In this document: positions 28,680 through 37,206 of the stretch, one piece after another
Layout: each line of letters starts with the position of its first letter
Numbering within the stretch: position 1 is the first letter of the stretch
Made by a program: the position numbers and the translations under genes
The notes under the pieces: model-generated
The model's input: only the letters and a program-made list of their open reading frames with translations
The model's database searches: none
What the model was told of the DNA's origin: nothing
Assembly (NCBI GenBank): GCA_963763265.1
Contig: CAVXNN010000001.1
Span: 184,949 to 248,948, forward strand
Origin: an uncultured Actinomycetes bacterium
GTDB lineage: Bacteria; Actinomycetota; Thermoleophilia; Solirubrobacterales; 70-9
Direction of reading: 5' to 3'
Length of the DNA stretch: 64,000 nt

Positions 28680-28919
28680 GAGTCGGAGGCTTGCGGCTGA
28701 TTTCGGTCGTCTGCGTTTTCCCTGCTAATCGGCACTTTCAGTCAGATCCGAAGCCGGTTCATTTGCGGCTTTCGCCGAACCGCCTGTTGCCTTTTTGTTG
28801 CCCCGAAGCCCTCACCGAAGCCTAGGGCGGGGCCTTGCCCTGCGACGAGCGTGCTCACGACGCCCGCACCTACTTTCCGATAGCCGTCGCATGGGGCCCC
28901 AGGTCACGCATTCCGACAG

Positions 28920-29177
28920 GTGGAGCCGACAGCGAGCATCGAGTACTCCAAGCAGCTGGTTTGCGGTCCTGACGATCCGGAGGCTGTCTCCTACCCCGAA
29001 GCCTCCATCAGCCGGTTCTCGAAGGACGCCAGCCTCCGGATGCTGGTGGCCGACGCTGCCGGGTGTCACGACCTGACCGCGGCGCGTCGGAAGCCAAGAG
29101 GGCCGCTGAACTGGGTCCGACGGACCTTGCTCTCCAGGTCTACCCAGGCTGGTGATTGGTCCATCATGGCGAGCTAG
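28920..29177 (+). CDS. hypothetical protein (weak call)
   Basis: 85 aa with a GTG start. By my hand count about 80 percent of codons end in G or C, in a region that is otherwise A/T-richer. There is no clear SD and no motif was recognised. Confidence 0.3.
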   Translation: MEPTASIEYSKQLVCGPDDPEAVSYPEASISRFSKDASLRMLVADAAGCHDLTAARRKPRGPLNWVRRTLLSRSTQAGDWSIMAS

Positions 29178-29417
29178 GACGGATCGGCGAAACTCGCAGG
29201 CTCAATAGCCATGCGGGTTCGCAGGGTCGGTGAGTTCACGGATACCTCGCTTTTCGGGGCTGAGCTACCCCAGCCACATCATCAGCGTCACGATTGTCAA
29301 CGCGTTGAGGAGCCGCAGAGCGCAATCCTGCGCGGCGGCGACGGCAGGATTTGATCTCCGTCCGGGCTTTGTCGGGCCTTTCAACGCCTTTCAGCGCTTT
29401 GTCCCCGTCTGGGTGGA

Positions 29418-29437
29418 CCGGCAGATCTGCCGGTTTT
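29418..29437 (+). terminator. candidate intrinsic terminator
   Basis: Perfect 16-nt palindrome CCGGCAGATCTGCCGG (29418-29433) followed by TTTT. Confidence 0.45.
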
Positions 29438-29718
29438 GCCGGGAGAGGCACTGGTACGGTGGCCTCGTTCGGCGTTCGTCTTCTCTGCGGAACGCTTCGC
29501 CAAGACCTCCGGCGGGACCCGGGGGTCTTGGCATGTCCGTAAACGCGTCCGGCGCCGCTGGTAACTGTTTCTGCGTTACGCAGAGACCACCCGCTGTCCC
29601 GAATCCCGTGCGGGTGAATGAAGATGGAACGAACGCCAGACATCTTGCCCCTTAACGTGCGGCCCGTATTCGGGTTGAAGCCGTGCGGGGGAGTACCGGC
29701 GTAGAAAGGAGGAGGCGT

Positions 29719-29898
29719 ATGGCTAAGACCATCTACCGCCCCGGGCAGCGCGTCCCGATCAGCGGCCAGTATGGCGTGGTCAACCGTCTCGGCACCTACC
29801 TCGGTACCGAACGGACGTGCGTTCGGGGGGAGCCATTCCCCCCGATCAACACGCCCGGCGGGCATGGCTACGTCCTGCGGGACGCAACCAAGCACTGA
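29719..29898 (+). CDS. YjzC-like small protein
   Basis: The ATG at 29719 follows AAAGGAGGAGG. The 59-aa MAKTIYRPGQRVPISGQYGVV...VRGEPFPP...GHGYVL matches the YjzC family pattern (PGQ.aP.sG.Y...G..FP). Confidence 0.6.
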   Translation: MAKTIYRPGQRVPISGQYGVVNRLGTYLGTERTCVRGEPFPPINTPGGHGYVLRDATKH

Positions 29899-29954
29899 TT
29901 CCTGACTAGGGAATTACTTCTGATTGACCGGGTGGTGCGGGACTACCCAGTTGG

Positions 29955-30215
29955 TCAGGACTCTAGACCCCCATCGACTTCGGCGAAGGTCACCTCGACC
30001 CAATTCTCGTCCAGATCTACAGCTCGAACATGCCGATCAGTTGCTTCCCCGAGCCGCAGCATCATCTCCGAGTTGCTCGCATGCACGGTCTCGACTACGA
30101 CGTCCTCGGTCACCCGGAGAAGCGCCCATAGTCGCCCAGCCTCGAAGCCTCGGACGAACTCGGGGTCGTCGGTGTCGAACGGGAGCAGACAGGTATGGCC
30201 GGTCGGGTCGTTCAC
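29955..30215 (-). CDS. hypothetical small protein
   Basis: Track ORF 29955..30371. The favoured start is GTG at 30215, 4 nt after GAAAGGAAC. The 86-aa product is acidic (VNDPTGHTCLLPFDTDDPEFVRGFEAGRLWALL...). Confidence 0.45.
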   Translation of the reverse strand: MNDPTGHTCLLPFDTDDPEFVRGFEAGRLWALLRVTEDVVVETVHASNSEMMLRLGEATDRHVRAVDLDENWVEVTFAEVDGGLES

Positions 30216-30627
30216 GGCGGTTCCTTTCGCATTGACTTCTCGACTCCTTCCCCATCGCTGGGGTTTTTCGGCCAGCGGGACAGTCCCGTAGGCAGTGCTC
30301 AAACCGGGACCACTGCGCCTTTCGGAGCGGATTTTCCGTCCGCTCGACCCGGTGGTTTTTCGCTCTAGCAAGCGACAAACCGACCTCCCCGCGAGGTTGG
30401 CGCTTTCCGGGGGTCAGGCCAGACGAGGTGTAGCTCGCGTGGCAGTTCCCAAGGTAGCGCCTTCCAGGGTGTCTCAGTTGTCGTAGCTGCTCGAATCGCC
30501 GGAGATCCCGCGGTTGAGCGCCGAGCGGCATTCGTCGATGAGCAGGCCGGGTCGATCCTGCCGGCCGAGCGCTGTCAGCCCCACTGCCTCTCCCTGCTCT
30601 TTAACGGCGCCCGCCCAGCTCGGAGGG

Positions 30628-31815
30628 TCACTCAATCGGACCCCCTTGCGGACCTGCCGTTGCCTGCGCGCTGTCGCCAAGCGCATCATCGAAGAACTCG
30701 GCGCCCCCGATCCCCTCGTCGAGCAGGTGGATGTAGGTCGAGAGGGTGAAGGACGGATCGGCGTGGCCCAGCCACTCCGAGACCTGCTTTACGTTGCGGC
30801 CGTTCTCGAAGAGGAGCGATGCGCAGGTGTGCCGGAAGGTATGGAAGCTGACCCAGGGCGTCTCGACGCCATCTCGGTCGACCACCAAGCCTGCCGCCTT
30901 GGCGGCGGGGGCAACCACGCGGTTGGCGACGTTCGAGCGACGCAGTCCCTCGCCGGTCGCCGTGGTGAAAACCGGGCTCTTCTCCTCGGTGAAGTGGTCG
31001 CGCCGATGAACGCGGAGCCGATCGGCGAGGCTCGGCGACAACGGCAGATTGCGGCGGCCGCTCCTGGACTTGAGGCGCTGTCGCTTGCCTTCGTAGACCT
31101 GTTCGCGGACCAGGAGCCGCGGCGTGCGCCCGAGGTCGAGGTGCTCCCAGTTGACGCCGCAAGCCTCGCTGATCCGTAGACCGGTCTGGGTCAGGAATAG
31201 GAAGAAGAGTTCCCAGTCCTCGCCTACAGCCGACAGGAAGAGGCGCAGCTCCTCCTTGGTCAGCGCCTTGGCGGGCTCGTCCGTCTCGTCGGCTCTCGGT
31301 GCCGCCGGGATACGGACACCCGCGATCGGACTCGATCGCAATATGCCGTCCTCGACCGCCGTCGCGAACATCGCCGAGGTCGCCGCGCGTACCAGCCGAA
31401 GGACCGACGTCGAGATTCCGGCCTCGCGCAGCTTGCCGTAGAGGCGGCGGACATCGACGGGTTCGACCTCTCCGAGGCGCCAGGTCCCCCACTCAGGGAT
31501 CACCCGCTCCGAGATCGCCCGGCGGTAGAGACTGCGAGAACGGTCCGATAGCCCCTGCGAGGTCCGGCCCGCGTAGGTCTCGATCCACTCGGAGAAGTAG
31601 GCGTCGACCGTCACCTTCGACGCCGGCGGTCCATCGCCCGCGCGACGCTTGCCCTGCGCCTCTCGCGCCTCGGCGAGCGTCCTGAAGGTTTCCTTGTGCT
31701 GCTTGCCGCGGTGACGCCAGACGACCACGTAGGCGCAATCGCATCTGCCGCCCCCGCACTCCTTCGTGTGACGCCGGAAGATCCCCGGCGTCGAAGTCTT
31801 GGTCAGCTTCGCCAT
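30628..31815 (-). CDS. tyrosine-type site-specific recombinase/integrase
   Basis: Track ORF 30628..31839. The ATG at 31815 follows GAGGAGGG. It has an N-terminal SAM-like arm domain and a C-terminal catalytic region with TGLRISEA, HTFRHTCASLL and WLGHADPSFTLSTYIHLL (R...HxxR...Y). Confidence 0.9.
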   Translation of the reverse strand: MAKLTKTSTPGIFRRHTKECGGGRCDCAYVVVWRHRGKQHKETFRTLAEAREAQGKRRAGDGPPASKVTVDAYFSEWIETYAGRTSQGLSDRSRSLYRRAISERVIPEWGTWRLGEVEPVDVRRLYGKLREAGISTSVLRLVRAATSAMFATAVEDGILRSSPIAGVRIPAAPRADETDEPAKALTKEELRLFLSAVGEDWELFFLFLTQTGLRISEACGVNWEHLDLGRTPRLLVREQVYEGKRQRLKSRSGRRNLPLSPSLADRLRVHRRDHFTEEKSPVFTTATGEGLRRSNVANRVVAPAAKAAGLVVDRDGVETPWVSFHTFRHTCASLLFENGRNVKQVSEWLGHADPSFTLSTYIHLLDEGIGGAEFFDDALGDSAQATAGPQGGPIE

Positions 31816-32064
31816 GTCCTCATCCCTCCTCTTGATCATCGTCTACTTGCTGGCGGTTTCGAACGGAGCCCGATTCCCCACCCGCCCGACCGCGGCTTTG
31901 ACAACCGCAGAACCGCGCCCCCCGCAGCGGCCGGAACCCGAGCCGCAGGCGAGGGCCGTAAGGAGCCCCGGCGCGGCCGGGGCTTGAAGGCCGCGAGGAC
32001 GGCGCCACCATCGCGGGCGCCAAAGCCGCCTGCCACCGGGCTTGCGCAACCCGCGAAGCGCCTG

Positions 32065-32340
32065 TCAGGTCCGGATCCCGCCACCCTGCACCAGCCAACG
32101 GTCAAGCTCCGAGCGCCGGGCGATCAGCGCCGATCCGTCGTGGTGGACCGGGATGCGGCGAGCCGAGACGAGCGCGTAGACCCGCGAGCGCGGCGCGTCG
32201 ATGTAGGCGGCGATCTTGTCGGCGCCCCGCAGCCAGCCATCCGCCTCCTTGCGCTCGGCCCGCTCGCCGATCAGCTCGGCCGCGCGCTCGGCGATCTGCT
32301 CGATCAGCTCCTCGCCGATCTCCACGCGAAGCCCGGCCAT
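32065..32340 (-). CDS. excisionase-type HTH (HTH_17/MerR-like) DNA-binding protein
   Basis: 91 aa. DKIAAYIDAPRSRVYALVSARRIPVHHDGSALIARRSELDRWL fits the excisionase HTH pattern. It lies between the relaxase and the integrase. Confidence 0.7.
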   Translation of the reverse strand: MAGLRVEIGEELIEQIAERAAELIGERAERKEADGWLRGADKIAAYIDAPRSRVYALVSARRIPVHHDGSALIARRSELDRWLVQGGGIRT

Positions 32341-32354
32341 TCAGGGCCACCCCC

Positions 32355-35300
32355 TCACAACTCGATCTCCATCGCCCGCTCCCGCTCGATCCTCTGCACC
32401 CGTTCGATCCCGAGTTCCTGCCGCGCCCGCCTGACCGCCTGCTGCGCCCTCTCGCGCTCCTGCCGCGCCGCATGGTCGGTCGGCTCGGGTCCGAATGCGT
32501 GGCCCCGGTCCCGGATCCCGTGCCGCTGTCGGAAGTTCTCGACGTCGCGCACCGCGCCATCCCAGGCAGCCCGCTTCAGCCCCGCGTCGGGCCTGGGACC
32601 CAGCTCGGCGGCGATGTAGTCGGGCGCCGACACCCGCGCGGCGGCGAGCGCCAGATCACGGCGGCGGTCGAGGACGGTGTCGATCGCCGCAACCTCGGCG
32701 CGCGCGTCGTGGCTCACCGCGGGCAGCTCGGAGCGCTCGACCTCCTGGCGCCCGAGCTCCCGCAGGTTGCTCCGTTCGCGCCTCTCGATCCCGTCGAGGG
32801 CGTCCCGATATTCGCGTCTCGCCCGACCCCAGCGAGGTTCCCTGCCGAGCGCCTGACGCTCGGCCTCGACCTGGTCGAGGGCGAATTCGGCGGCCGCCGT
32901 CCGATGGTCGAGCGACTCGCGCCTACGTTCGGCCGTGCCCTCTGCGTTGGCCTCCGATGCGATCTCGGAGCGCAGCCTCACCAGCTCGGGCGAGGAAAGC
33001 GCGTCCAGGCGCGTGCGGAGCGCCTGGTCGTGGGCTGAGATCTGGGCGCCGTCGCGTTCGGCCGCCGCGGCGATGTGGGAGAGGTCTCCCCGGACGCCGG
33101 GGACCGGCGCGAACTCGGCCCGCTCGAGGTCGATCTCGGGCGTCGCGTAGAACCACGTCTCCCGACGGCTGCGCGAGGCCGCGACGTAGAGCTCCTGGCG
33201 GTCCATCGAGGGGTCGGCCATCACGTAGGCGCGGTCGACGGTGGAACCCTGCGCCTGGTAGGTGGTCGCGGCGTAGGCGTGCTGGAGCGCCGGCGATCCG
33301 TCGTTGGGGTTCTGCCGCGCGAGATAGTCGCCATCGACCACCACCCGCCTTTCTGAGTCGACGCCGACGAGCCCGACGCCGCGGCCCTCGGCGTCGATCG
33401 CCTCGACCCGCCAACGCTCGCGGTTGTGGACCTCCGCCCCGTGGTCGTTGACCCGGGTGATCACCTGATCGCCGACCGCGAAGCGGGCGTCGCCGACCTT
33501 GAACTCGACATCACCGAGCCGGCCTTCGGCCTTCATCACCTCGCGCGCCAGGGCATTCAGCCGCGCGACCTCGGCGTTGCGCTTCGCGATCATCAGCGCG
33601 TCCTCGCCTTCTGAGTAGGAGCGCCACCAGTCGCGCACCATCTCCTCGCGGCGGACCTCGGGATCGGGCGAGACCACCACGCGACCCTGGGAGCGATAGG
33701 CCTCGATCGCCTCGGCGCCCCTGCCCTCGCGGATCCGCCTCGCTCCCTCGCGGTCGAGGTCATGTTCGTGACGGATCACCTCGTCGAGGAAGACCGGATC
33801 GGTGCGGGCGACGAGCGAGCCGAAGAGGCCACCCGCCTCGATCTCGCCGAGCTGGGCCGGGTCGCCGATCAGGACCAGCTTGGCCTCGGCCTCGCGGGCA
33901 TGGTCGATCAGCCGCGCCAGCGTCGCCGAGTCGAGCATCCCGGCCTCGTCGACGATCAGGACCGAGCCATGCCTGAGCGGGCGGCCACGGCCGTCGAGCC
34001 GGGCCAGGAGCCGGGCGACGCTCACCGCGTCGAGGCCCTCCGAGCCTAGGACGTTGGCGGCGCGCCAGGTCGGTGCCGCCACCCGCAGGTCGACCCTGGA
34101 GGCGGCCCATGCCTCGGCTGCCGCGACGGTGGCGAAGGTCTTGCCGGTCCCCGCCTCGCCGACCACGAGGACGAGCTGCTCGCCGCCGCGGGTCAGCCAC
34201 TCGACCATCGCGCGCTGATCTGCCTTGATCGTCGAGCGGCTCGCGAGGACGCGGGAGACGACGATCGGGTCGGCGACCGCGAAGGCGCCGCTCGCGGCCA
34301 TCTCCTCCGCCGCCGCCAGCGCCCGACGCTCCAGCTCCCAGATCCGCTCGGTGGTGAAGCGGGGACCACGTGGAGTCTCGGCGATCCGGATCACCGAGGC
34401 CGAGGCGAGGAACTCGTCGGCGAGCCGCTCGACCTCGGCGGCGGGGGCGCCGTGGGGCAGGTTGTCGGCGACGGCGCGGATCGCGTCGCGACGGTCGAAG
34501 TGGGAGACGTGCTCGGTGACCGAGCGCTCGACCCTCTGCGCGCTGAGGACCGAGCGGCCGGGCCGCTCGTGGCCGAGACGCCGGGTGATCCTCTCGCGGT
34601 CGAGCCCGACTTCCTCGGCTTTTGCCCGCCATCCCTCGCGGAGGCTCTCCTCGGTCAGGTCGCGGTCCTTGGCCCTGCGCGTCTCCAGGGCGGCGACCTG
34701 CATCGCGCGGGCGGAGGCGCCCTCGCCGACCGCGGCGAGGATCTCGGCGCGGCGGGTGGAGAACTTCCGCAGCTCCTCGGAGGAGAAGCCGCGGATGTCG
34801 GCGATGCCCTTGACGACCGGCTCCCACTCGACGCCGAGGCGGATCGTCAGCTCGTGGCGAAGGTGGGCCTCGTAGAGGTAGCTCGCGGTCTTCGCGTGCT
34901 CGTAGATCGCCGGGTGGTAGAGCCGCGACCAACGGCCGTCGGGACCGAGGGTCGCGTTGGCGACGAGGACGTGGGTGTGGAGCTGGGGATCCCCGGTGCG
35001 GGAGGAGCGATGGACATAGGCGGCGGCGAGGAAGCCGTTGCCCGGCACGAAGGTTCTCCCGCCCTTGCCCCGTCGCGCCCAGCAGGCGGAGCGCTCCATG
35101 TAGGAGAGGGCGGCCTCAACGGCGGCGCGGTGGGCCTCCATCACCTGGCCGGAGATCGGGTGGCCGGCGAGCGCCCAAGTCAGCGATACCGACTTGGGCG
35201 CCGAGAAGGTGAGGTCGAAGCCGGGGACCGGCTCGCGCCCCGGTGCCGACCTGAGGCCGAGCGGCTCGCCCGTGGCCGGGTTGCGGCCGGTCAGCATCGC

Positions 35301-35471
35301 GGTCAGCGCGTCGGGCTCGACCTGGCCGGCAAGTCCGAGTTCGGCAGACGCGGAGCCGATCCACCGGCCCTCGGCCTCGCCACGGCCCGAGTAGTAGTCC
35401 TCGGCGCCTTCGGCGACCTTCTCGGTGTAGTAGCGCTCCTGGCCGGCGCCGAGCTTGCCGATCGAGAGCAT
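32355..35471 (-). CDS. MobF/TrwC-type relaxase fused to TraA-like helicase
   Basis: Track ORF 32355..35705. The relaxase fold begins at ATG 35471 (MLSIGKLGAGQERYYTEKVAEGAEDYY). His motif HRSSRTGDPQLHTHVLV and helicase Walker A VVGEAGTGKT are present. The C-terminal ~250 aa are a charged coiled coil. Confidence 0.9.
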   Translation of the reverse strand: MLSIGKLGAGQERYYTEKVAEGAEDYYSGRGEAEGRWIGSASAELGLAGQVEPDALTAMLTGRNPATGEPLGLRSAPGREPVPGFDLTFSAPKSVSLTWALAGHPISGQVMEAHRAAVEAALSYMERSACWARRGKGGRTFVPGNGFLAAAYVHRSSRTGDPQLHTHVLVANATLGPDGRWSRLYHPAIYEHAKTASYLYEAHLRHELTIRLGVEWEPVVKGIADIRGFSSEELRKFSTRRAEILAAVGEGASARAMQVAALETRRAKDRDLTEESLREGWRAKAEEVGLDRERITRRLGHERPGRSVLSAQRVERSVTEHVSHFDRRDAIRAVADNLPHGAPAAEVERLADEFLASASVIRIAETPRGPRFTTERIWELERRALAAAEEMAASGAFAVADPIVVSRVLASRSTIKADQRAMVEWLTRGGEQLVLVVGEAGTGKTFATVAAAEAWAASRVDLRVAAPTWRAANVLGSEGLDAVSVARLLARLDGRGRPLRHGSVLIVDEAGMLDSATLARLIDHAREAEAKLVLIGDPAQLGEIEAGGLFGSLVARTDPVFLDEVIRHEHDLDREGARRIREGRGAEAIEAYRSQGRVVVSPDPEVRREEMVRDWWRSYSEGEDALMIAKRNAEVARLNALAREVMKAEGRLGDVEFKVGDARFAVGDQVITRVNDHGAEVHNRERWRVEAIDAEGRGVGLVGVDSERRVVVDGDYLARQNPNDGSPALQHAYAATTYQAQGSTVDRAYVMADPSMDRQELYVAASRSRRETWFYATPEIDLERAEFAPVPGVRGDLSHIAAAAERDGAQISAHDQALRTRLDALSSPELVRLRSEIASEANAEGTAERRRESLDHRTAAAEFALDQVEAERQALGREPRWGRARREYRDALDGIERRERSNLRELGRQEVERSELPAVSHDARAEVAAIDTVLDRRRDLALAAARVSAPDYIAAELGPRPDAGLKRAAWDGAVRDVENFRQRHGIRDRGHAFGPEPTDHAARQERERAQQAVRRARQELGIERVQRIERERAMEIEL

Positions 35472-35862
35472 CAGCGGGGACGTCCGCCGGGAACGCTTGA
35501 TCCGTCGTGGGTCGGGGTCATGGGTCCACTGGCCTGCGAGCGGGGCTGTTGCACCGGGTGCATGGCGCCATTGGCCCGCGGGCGGGCCGTTTGCACCGGG
35601 TCGGCGGGAATTGCCACGGGCGGCGTGTTCGGCGGGGCCGGCCGGTGCATCCGCGGGCTTTCGTGGATGCGGATCGGCAGCCGGTTCCGTCGAGGGGATC
35701 ACCATCCGGTGATACGGCGTGAGGGGTTCTGCTGTTGTCGTTATGTGGGTGGTGGCTGTTGGCTTGGCTTGGTAGCTGTGGTCTGCTGGCTGGGCTTGCT
35801 GGCTGGCTTCTCGTTGCCTGCGACTTGGCTTGCCTGTTCGGCTCTCGCCTCTGCCTGTCTGG

Positions 35863-36180
35863 CTACTGGCTGCCTGCCTTTCTGAATCGATGTCTGGATG
35901 GCCTTGAGTTGAAGGTGAAGACCCCTTCGGTCTCGGGTGCCGGGACCCAGGCGATCCCGTCGAGCAGCTCTTCCGGCCGGACCGCCATCGCCCCGGACAG
36001 TCGGATCAACGTGTCGATCCGACAGGTCCGGCCGGAGCGCTCAAGGAGGCCGACCTCGGTGCGGTGCAGCCCGGCCCGTCCCGCGAGCTGGTCCTGGGAA
36101 AGCCCTTCCCGGCGGCGCACCCGACGAAGGTTCTCGGCGAATCGATCGGCGACGTCCTCGGAGGGCTGCCCCCTACCCAT
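35863..36180 (-). CDS. XRE-family HTH regulator, paralogue C
   Basis: 105 aa with LRRVRRREGLSQDQLAGRAGLHRTEVGLLERSGR...LLDGIAW. Its start overlaps the stop of paralogue B by 8 nt. Confidence 0.75.
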   Translation of the reverse strand: MGRGQPSEDVADRFAENLRRVRRREGLSQDQLAGRAGLHRTEVGLLERSGRTCRIDTLIRLSGAMAVRPEELLDGIAWVPAPETEGVFTFNSRPSRHRFRKAGSQ

Positions 36181-36460
36181 CGCGTCCGTTCTCCGGGGCG
36201 GTCACGACGAGGCCGCCGCCGAGCCACACGATCGGCTCCCAGACGATCCCGTCGAGGAGGTCGTCGGGGGTGGTGCCGAGGGCTCCCGCCAGACGGACGA
36301 GGGTGAGGACCCGCGGCATCCGCCCGCCGCCCTCCAGCAGGCTCACCTGGGTGCGGTGGATGGCCGCCCGGAAGGCGAGCTCTTCCTGGGTCAGGCCCGC
36401 GTCCGCACGCAGCCGGCGGAGGTTGGCGGCGAAGCGCCGCGACGGCCCGGGGGATCTCAA
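36173..36460 (-). CDS. XRE-family HTH regulator, paralogue B
   Basis: 95 aa with LRRLRADAGLTQEELAFRAAIHRTQVSLLEGGGR...LLDGIVW. There is a 4-nt overlap with paralogue A. Confidence 0.75.
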   Translation of the reverse strand: MRSPGPSRRFAANLRRLRADAGLTQEELAFRAAIHRTQVSLLEGGGRMPRVLTLVRLAGALGTTPDDLLDGIVWEPIVWLGGGLVVTAPENGRDG

Positions 36461-36744
36461 CCATCCGCGTCCCGCCCGGCCTCGACGATCCGGCCCGGCC
36501 TCCTGTCGCCCACCTCCCAGGCGATCCCGTCGAGGAGGACGCAGGGCAAGGCGCCGAGGCCGCCGGCGATCTTGATCACGGTGTCGATCCGCGGCAGCCG
36601 TTCGCCGTGCTCGATCAGGCTGACCTGGGTGCGGTGGATCTCGGCGTTGTGGGCGAGCGCCTCCTGGCTCATGTCGAGGCCGCGACGGATGCGCCTGATC
36701 CGCGGGCCGAGGATGCCGGCGACCTGCCTTGCCGAGGCGTCCAT
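36457..36744 (-). CDS. XRE-family HTH regulator, paralogue A
   Basis: 95 aa with IRRIRRGLDMSQEALAHNAEIHRTQVSLIEHGER...LLDGIAW. Its start overlaps the upstream stop as TGATG. Confidence 0.75.
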   Translation of the reverse strand: MDASARQVAGILGPRIRRIRRGLDMSQEALAHNAEIHRTQVSLIEHGERLPRIDTVIKIAGGLGALPCVLLDGIAWEVGDRRPGRIVEAGRDADG

Positions 36745-37079
36745 CAGCCGAGGATGAAGCCGAGCCCGACCATCTGGCGGGCCGGGCGGCTCGGGATGAG
36801 CAACTCGCCCTGGCGGACCACGAGCCCCGAGGCCATGAGCCCGTGGACGGCGCCGGAGAAGCGGTCGGCCTCGCCGAAGTCCTCGGGGTCCCCGGCCCTC
36901 GCGGTCAGCGCCTCGCGCCAGGTGAGGATGCCGGGGAACTCGGCGAGGAGCAGGTCGAGCAGGCCGCGCTGGTCCGCCTCGTAGACCTCCTGGGGGTCGC
37001 GCTCATGGCGGGAAGGGGGCGCGCCGGCGCCTCCCGAACTACATTGCGGGTGCATGGGAGCGAATACCTCCTGTGCCAT
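36744..37079 (-). CDS. hypothetical protein, first gene of the four-gene regulatory operon
   Basis: 111 aa. An alternative ATG at 37055 follows AGGAGG. The C-terminal AVHGLMASGLVVRQGELLIPSRPA looks like a small winged-helix-type recognition segment, but this is tentative. Confidence 0.5.
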   Translation of the reverse strand: MAQEVFAPMHPQCSSGGAGAPPSRHERDPQEVYEADQRGLLDLLLAEFPGILTWREALTARAGDPEDFGEADRFSGAVHGLMASGLVVRQGELLIPSRPARQMVGLGFILG

Positions 37080-37144
37080 GCCCCCGGCTGTTTGCGCAGC
37101 GCGGGGGCGCTTTTTGTCTGTAGATGGAAGGTAGCAGAGCTACA

Positions 37145-37166
37145 AGCCGACTTTTAGAAGTCGGCT
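37145..37166. promoter_or_regulatory. candidate operator palindrome in the divergent intergenic region
   Basis: AGCCGACTT-ttag-AAGTCGGCT has perfect 9-bp arms and is flanked by GCTACA at 37139-37144 and 37164-37169. It lies about 40 nt upstream of the plus-strand XRE gene. Confidence 0.35.
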
Positions 37167-37206
37167 ACATGGACGATCCACCAACAAGTTGAGAACTTAA
37201 AGTCTG

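Noticed and set aside
28642-28725. Possible second tRNA gene at the left island border
   Set aside because: Only the 3' 38 nt match tRNA-Thr. The adjoining sequence would give a 9-nt anticodon-type loop (CCTCC-GACTCATCA-GGAGG) and no D-arm or 5' acceptor strand. It is therefore an att remnant, not a tRNA.
29230-29655. 141-aa plus-strand ORF (and the overlapping 219-aa minus-strand ORF 29236..29895) in the island arm
   Set aside because: The composition is not protein-like. The plus ORF runs through the palindromic terminator. The minus ORF overlaps the well-supported YjzC-like gene.
30474-30689. 71-aa minus-strand ORF overlapping the integrase 3' end
   Set aside because: Its 5' part overlaps the integrase coding frame. 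Only a ~36-codon GTG-initiated tail (VGLTALGRQDRPGLLIDECRS...) could be independent. It has high GC3, but the evidence is too weak to call.
35472-35705. 78-codon N-terminal extension of the relaxase ORF
   Set aside because: TrwC-type relaxases begin at the MLSIGKL... motif, where an ATG is present at 35471. The extension is Pro/Ala/Gly-rich and overlaps the likely oriT/leader region.
35735-36757. 340-aa plus-strand ORF starting with a Cys/Trp/Leu-rich, seemingly hydrophobic segment
   Set aside because: The hydrophobic look is a by-product of the A-depleted skew tract. The rest of the ORF is antisense to the three XRE genes.
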